Shown: positions 60,380-64,000 of the stretch, piece by piece
How positions within the stretch are numbered: position 1 is the stretch's first letter
Layout: every line of letters starts with the position of its first letter
Made by a program: the position numbers and the translations under genes
Source: Dicyema japonicum
Taxonomy: Eukaryota; Animalia; Dicyemida
Reading direction: 5' to 3'
Assembly: GCA_011109175.1 (NCBI GenBank)
Contig: RDEW01000004.1
Span: 768,030 to 832,029, forward strand
Length of the DNA stretch: 64,000 nucleotides
Notes under the pieces: generated by a model
The model's database searches: none
Told to the model about the DNA's origin: nothing
The model's input: only the letters and a program-made list of their open reading frames with translations

Positions 60380-60845
60380 TAATGCGCCCTCGTCGTGTTC
60401 AATCAACTCCTAAAACCGACGATTGAGTACGCTTGTGCCTCATGGGCCTATGGAGCTTCGACATCAAATTCACTCGAGATCAATACCCTAATTGGCAAAC
60501 TAGCACGTCAAACGAATCTACCCCCCGATCTTTTCCTCCAATGCTTGACCACGCCGCAATCAAAAATAATGGCTCCGGCTTCATCTGTCTGTGTGGCTAA
60601 AAAACAAGTCGTTTCTTCTATTCAAGGCTAAAGGCCTCAAATACACGAAATTTGGGGAAAAAACCCACTCCTCTTCAAACTCTAATGAAAGATGATTGTC
60701 GTCTATTCAGGAAAGCCGTGGGTACTCTGGAGGAACACAGGAAAAACCTCTCGATCCTGTTGAGGCGTAGCGGGATCACTTAATTAGTTGGTTTACTCCT
60801 TCTTTCTTGGTGTTCCCTTTTCGGGGTTATTAAATAAATAATAAC
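60380..60845 (+). mobile_element. Ingi-related LINE 3' fragment ('AGIT*' family)
   Basis: FNQLLKPTIEYACASWA...ILLRRSGIT*, then the tail taattagttggttt...cggggttattaaataaataa. Confidence 0.7.
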
Positions 60846-61154
60846 CTTGTGGCATTCTTAAAATGAATCTTAAATACCAAGAAAAACTTGAAACAGCTCT
60901 TCTCGAATTTTTCTCATAGATTCTTAGCAAAAAGGTTCGGAACGAGCGTTGAAACTATAGCTCGAATAAAAAAGGATATAATGCCACTTGAGATTGGTGG
61001 GAACTTCAAATAATTCATAACAAAGACACAATCTGAATGATCAAAGCGACGAAAAGGTAGCAGAAAGTAAACGATTAGCAAATAAAACCATTATAAATTA
61101 TAATATGAATTTTTAAGTAACCCCCGTTAATTTATAAATTATAAAACAAGATTA

Positions 61155-62489
61155 TTACCTCGACTTCCAAACCTAAAGATTAGACGATTGCAACCTTAAT
61201 CATTCCATCAGTCCCTCCGGAATAGAAACAATCGCATTTGCTGGACAAAATCAATTTGCTAACGGTTCCCCCATGACCGTACACCCAGGACAAGTGTCTG
61301 CCAGTCAAAGAATCCCACAAATTTATTGATCCGTCCATGTGACCAGAAATATAAAAAGCCCCTTGAATAAACCCCCACCGAACAACCGCTGAATGAGAAA
61401 CATGTCGCAGAAACAGGGGACAAAACGGATTTGCTGGAAAAATTAGTCACTTTGGCACACGAACGGTTGTCTATCAACCAACTCTAACGTTTATTCAATG
61501 CCACATGCCTCTCCCAGTATGGACCCCATTAGGAAGTAGTTATCGTCGGGATGCCATATTATATCCGAGAGATGTTTTACATTCTGAAAAGTCCGAACAA
61601 ACTTCTTGGTTCGGAGGTCCCACAACATCGTGTCATGCCTGTCCTACAAATAACCTGAATTAAAACCGACGTTAAAAATAAGGATCCCGGATTTTTCGGA
61701 AGTGTTATGAAATCTATTTTAGCCACGTGTCCGTTATTGGCATACAATTCAGTTTGACCCTCGGTGTCCATAAGGGTACACTATCCCCCATAGTACCCGA
61801 TAAGAACCTAAGATTATACCTAAGCAACTAGATTATCTGAATAATAATAAGCCGACGTTGATAAATTTTCAGAAAAATGGAAATTCACATAATCATCCTG
61901 CAAGTATTGCCAAGTCATCAACGTTCTGTCTTTACCACTGGAAATTATATCTAATGTAACGAAATTAGCAGAGATTTCCCTAATGGAGAGAGAATGCAAG
62001 AATTGAGACCCTTTATCTCCGATTCTTTCTTGGTCAGAGTTTCAGAAGTCGGGTCAAAAACACCGTATTTTGAGTTCTTTGATATTAAAAATTTCTCACA
62101 TCAAAAATGCACCCAATTTTATCTTCCCAGGACAGAGACATCTCCAAAATGCTCTCATCGAGTTTGTATGTTTTCTGGGAGCTGATTTCAGCCAATTTTA
62201 GCTCACTCGAGTTGATTTTATCTGAATAGAGCAACGGATTACTTTCCACGTCAATGTCAGGCAACAGATTCCTTAATTCATTTTGATATTGGTCTATTGA
62301 TTCCTCCTTATCAATGCAAGAAGCGATGGTAACTGAGCCTGACATTCTCTTTGAAGAAAAATTTTCGGGTTTTTGTGGGTTTTTTAATGTTTTTGCGTTT
62401 TTCAGTCGAACTTCGTTGGCAGAATCTATTGAGTTCTCATGCTTGGGATTTGAGTCAATAACTCCAGACTTCGCTCTCTTCCAGAACAT
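61155..62489 (-). CDS. Divergent G-protein beta-like WD40 protein
   Basis: Across introns and indels: GDSVPLMDTEGQTELYANNGHVAKIDFI...SLFLTS, MLWDLRTKKFVRTFQ, ISDIIWHPDDNYFLMGS, LIDNRS...VLSPVSATCFSFSG and FYSGGTDGMIK|VWKSR*. The motif order parallels G-beta blades 4-7. Confidence 0.55.
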
Positions 62490-63052
62490 TATGAATTTAA
62501 TTACTCTAATTACAATGATTAATAAAATTAAAATTTATTTCCCGATTTATTTATAAATTTAATTATTATTAATTTTTTAAAAATAAATTATTCAAAATAA
62601 TTAATTAAAATAAAAAGTACGGAATAAAAAAATTAAGAAGAGGTCATGCTTCTAAGCAATCCGGAGATCAGAAGAGAAGGAAGTATTGAAACATTTCGGA
62701 GGATCACTTTTGTCCCATTTGCGTTTGAGAAGTCAGGAATCATTAGCCCACGAGCTGACGGTCAAGTCTGTCGGATCGACTCAATGCTCCAAAGGGTCAC
62801 CATGGATTTACGTGAGACTTATATTCACAACATAGATTGATATTTAAATTTTGTTTTAACATTTTTTTAAATAAGGTTTTAATTTAGTTGTGCGTCGCCC
62901 AGTCCCCAAAGTCTTCTTGCAAACATGCGAAAAACTGAAGCATTTTTTAATCTGCATAATGTGGTCAAGACCTTAATGCATTACGTTCTACCTGCTTTTG
63001 TTTGTGCTGTGTTTTCCGTAGTTCTTTGTAAAACGGAAAATATTCATTAGAT

Positions 63053-64000
63053 TTATTCGGAAGAACATATCATTGCAACACAAGAAACAATGTTATTAGT
63101 TAGCCTCTTCCATCCTCCACGGTTACACGCAATCGACCTCAGCTCGTCTTCCGTCTTTAGGCATTTCTTCACTCTTTGGAGGTCTTTGTGCAGTATGATA
63201 GAAGTGTTATCCTTGGTCGGCCACGAAGCACTTCTTCGAACATGAAGTGATCCTCCATCGCTATATTCGCTGGGGAACGAGATCCATACGCAGGATATGT
63301 CCAAACAGTCTCCACCGAGCGTCAGTGATGTCCAAGCTTAGAGGCCTACTCTTGCTTTTTTTTTGATGATGTCTTCTGTGTCTCCCAGTAGGAATCCAAG
63401 CTTATTAACATGTCGCCGAAGTTCATCAAGGATGTTGTCTATTCTTTTAGTTCGGTTTTGTCCCGGTTTACGATTAGGAACCATTCACCCAATTTGTCCG
63501 ATGTATTTCTCAGTAGATGTGAGAGAGCTTCTGTATCCTCGGATATGAAATCCACATCATCCCCGTTTATGGCTTCCTCTATTTTCCTTCATAACACGTT
63601 CTTAGGTATTTTAGTGCGGCTTCGAGATATATCACAAATAGTAAGGGAGACAATCTCCCTGAGGAGTACCGATTGTAGTTTTGAAAGACCTGGATATAGT
63701 TCTTCCAATCCTGACTGACAGTTCAGTACTAGAGTAGTACTCGGATAATCCTTTGCAACGATCGGTCCACAAATTGTTGTAGGACATCCATCAGCTTGTG
63801 TCTGTTAAGTGTCGAAATATCTAGACATATCGATCCCCAGGATTGTCGTGGCATTGTTATATCTTTGAACTGTTGCACACCGTCACCCATGTATGGCTCC
63901 ATAGAATGTCCGCTGTCGACCTTCCTTCACGAATTCCGCTATGGCTTGTAAGTATCAATATCCCTTTTCCCAGTGGTAGTACCGAGTTTGATGTAAGAAG
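63053..64000 (-). mobile_element. RTE-like LINE fragment running off the window end
   Basis: ILHKDLQRVKKCLKTEDELRSIACNRGGWKRLT at the C-terminus. Upstream RT remnants (LLGDTEDIIK, TKNVLWKE, SIDMSRYFDT). Confidence 0.8.

Overview
This window is eukaryotic, AT-rich nuclear DNA from a highly compacted animal genome. Host genes use the standard code and are split by tiny spliceosomal introns (the ones I measured are 22-29 nt). Metazoan-type genes (nuclear receptor, GCM) occur together with a ciliary gene (DNALI1). The best fit is a dicyemid mesozoan, a cephalopod kidney symbiont; this is an inference, and if the assembly is labelled as a cephalopod the contig is probably co-sequenced symbiont DNA. 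Host genes reconstructed by manual splicing: a nuclear receptor, UBE2W, DNALI1, a BTB-BACK-Kelch protein, a GCM-domain protein (plus a truncated duplicate), a GH18 chitinase with CBM14, AP-3 sigma, a short intronless MGMT, MED11, a chromo-shadow-only HP1-like protein, SPT6, an EML-like protein and a divergent G-beta-like WD40 protein. The intergenic space is dense with mobile DNA: a near-intact Ingi/Vingi-like LINE (13-bp TSD, 2A-like motif), its non-autonomous relatives, many CRE-like RLE-LINE and RTE-like fragments, a tRNA-derived SINE sharing the RTE 3' tail, a 5'-truncated R4/Dong-like element with a long TSD, and hAT-like and Tc1 remnants. The most notable observation is an HDV-ribozyme-type P1/P2/P3/P4 pseudoknot with compensatory base changes across four Ingi-type element copies. 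Its catalytic core is non-canonical, and in the autonomous copy it places the likely start codon in the J4/2 strand, followed by a 44-aa leader ending in a 2A-like motif. Several frameshifts in conserved genes look like long-read indel errors. All family assignments come from motif recognition, not database searches.
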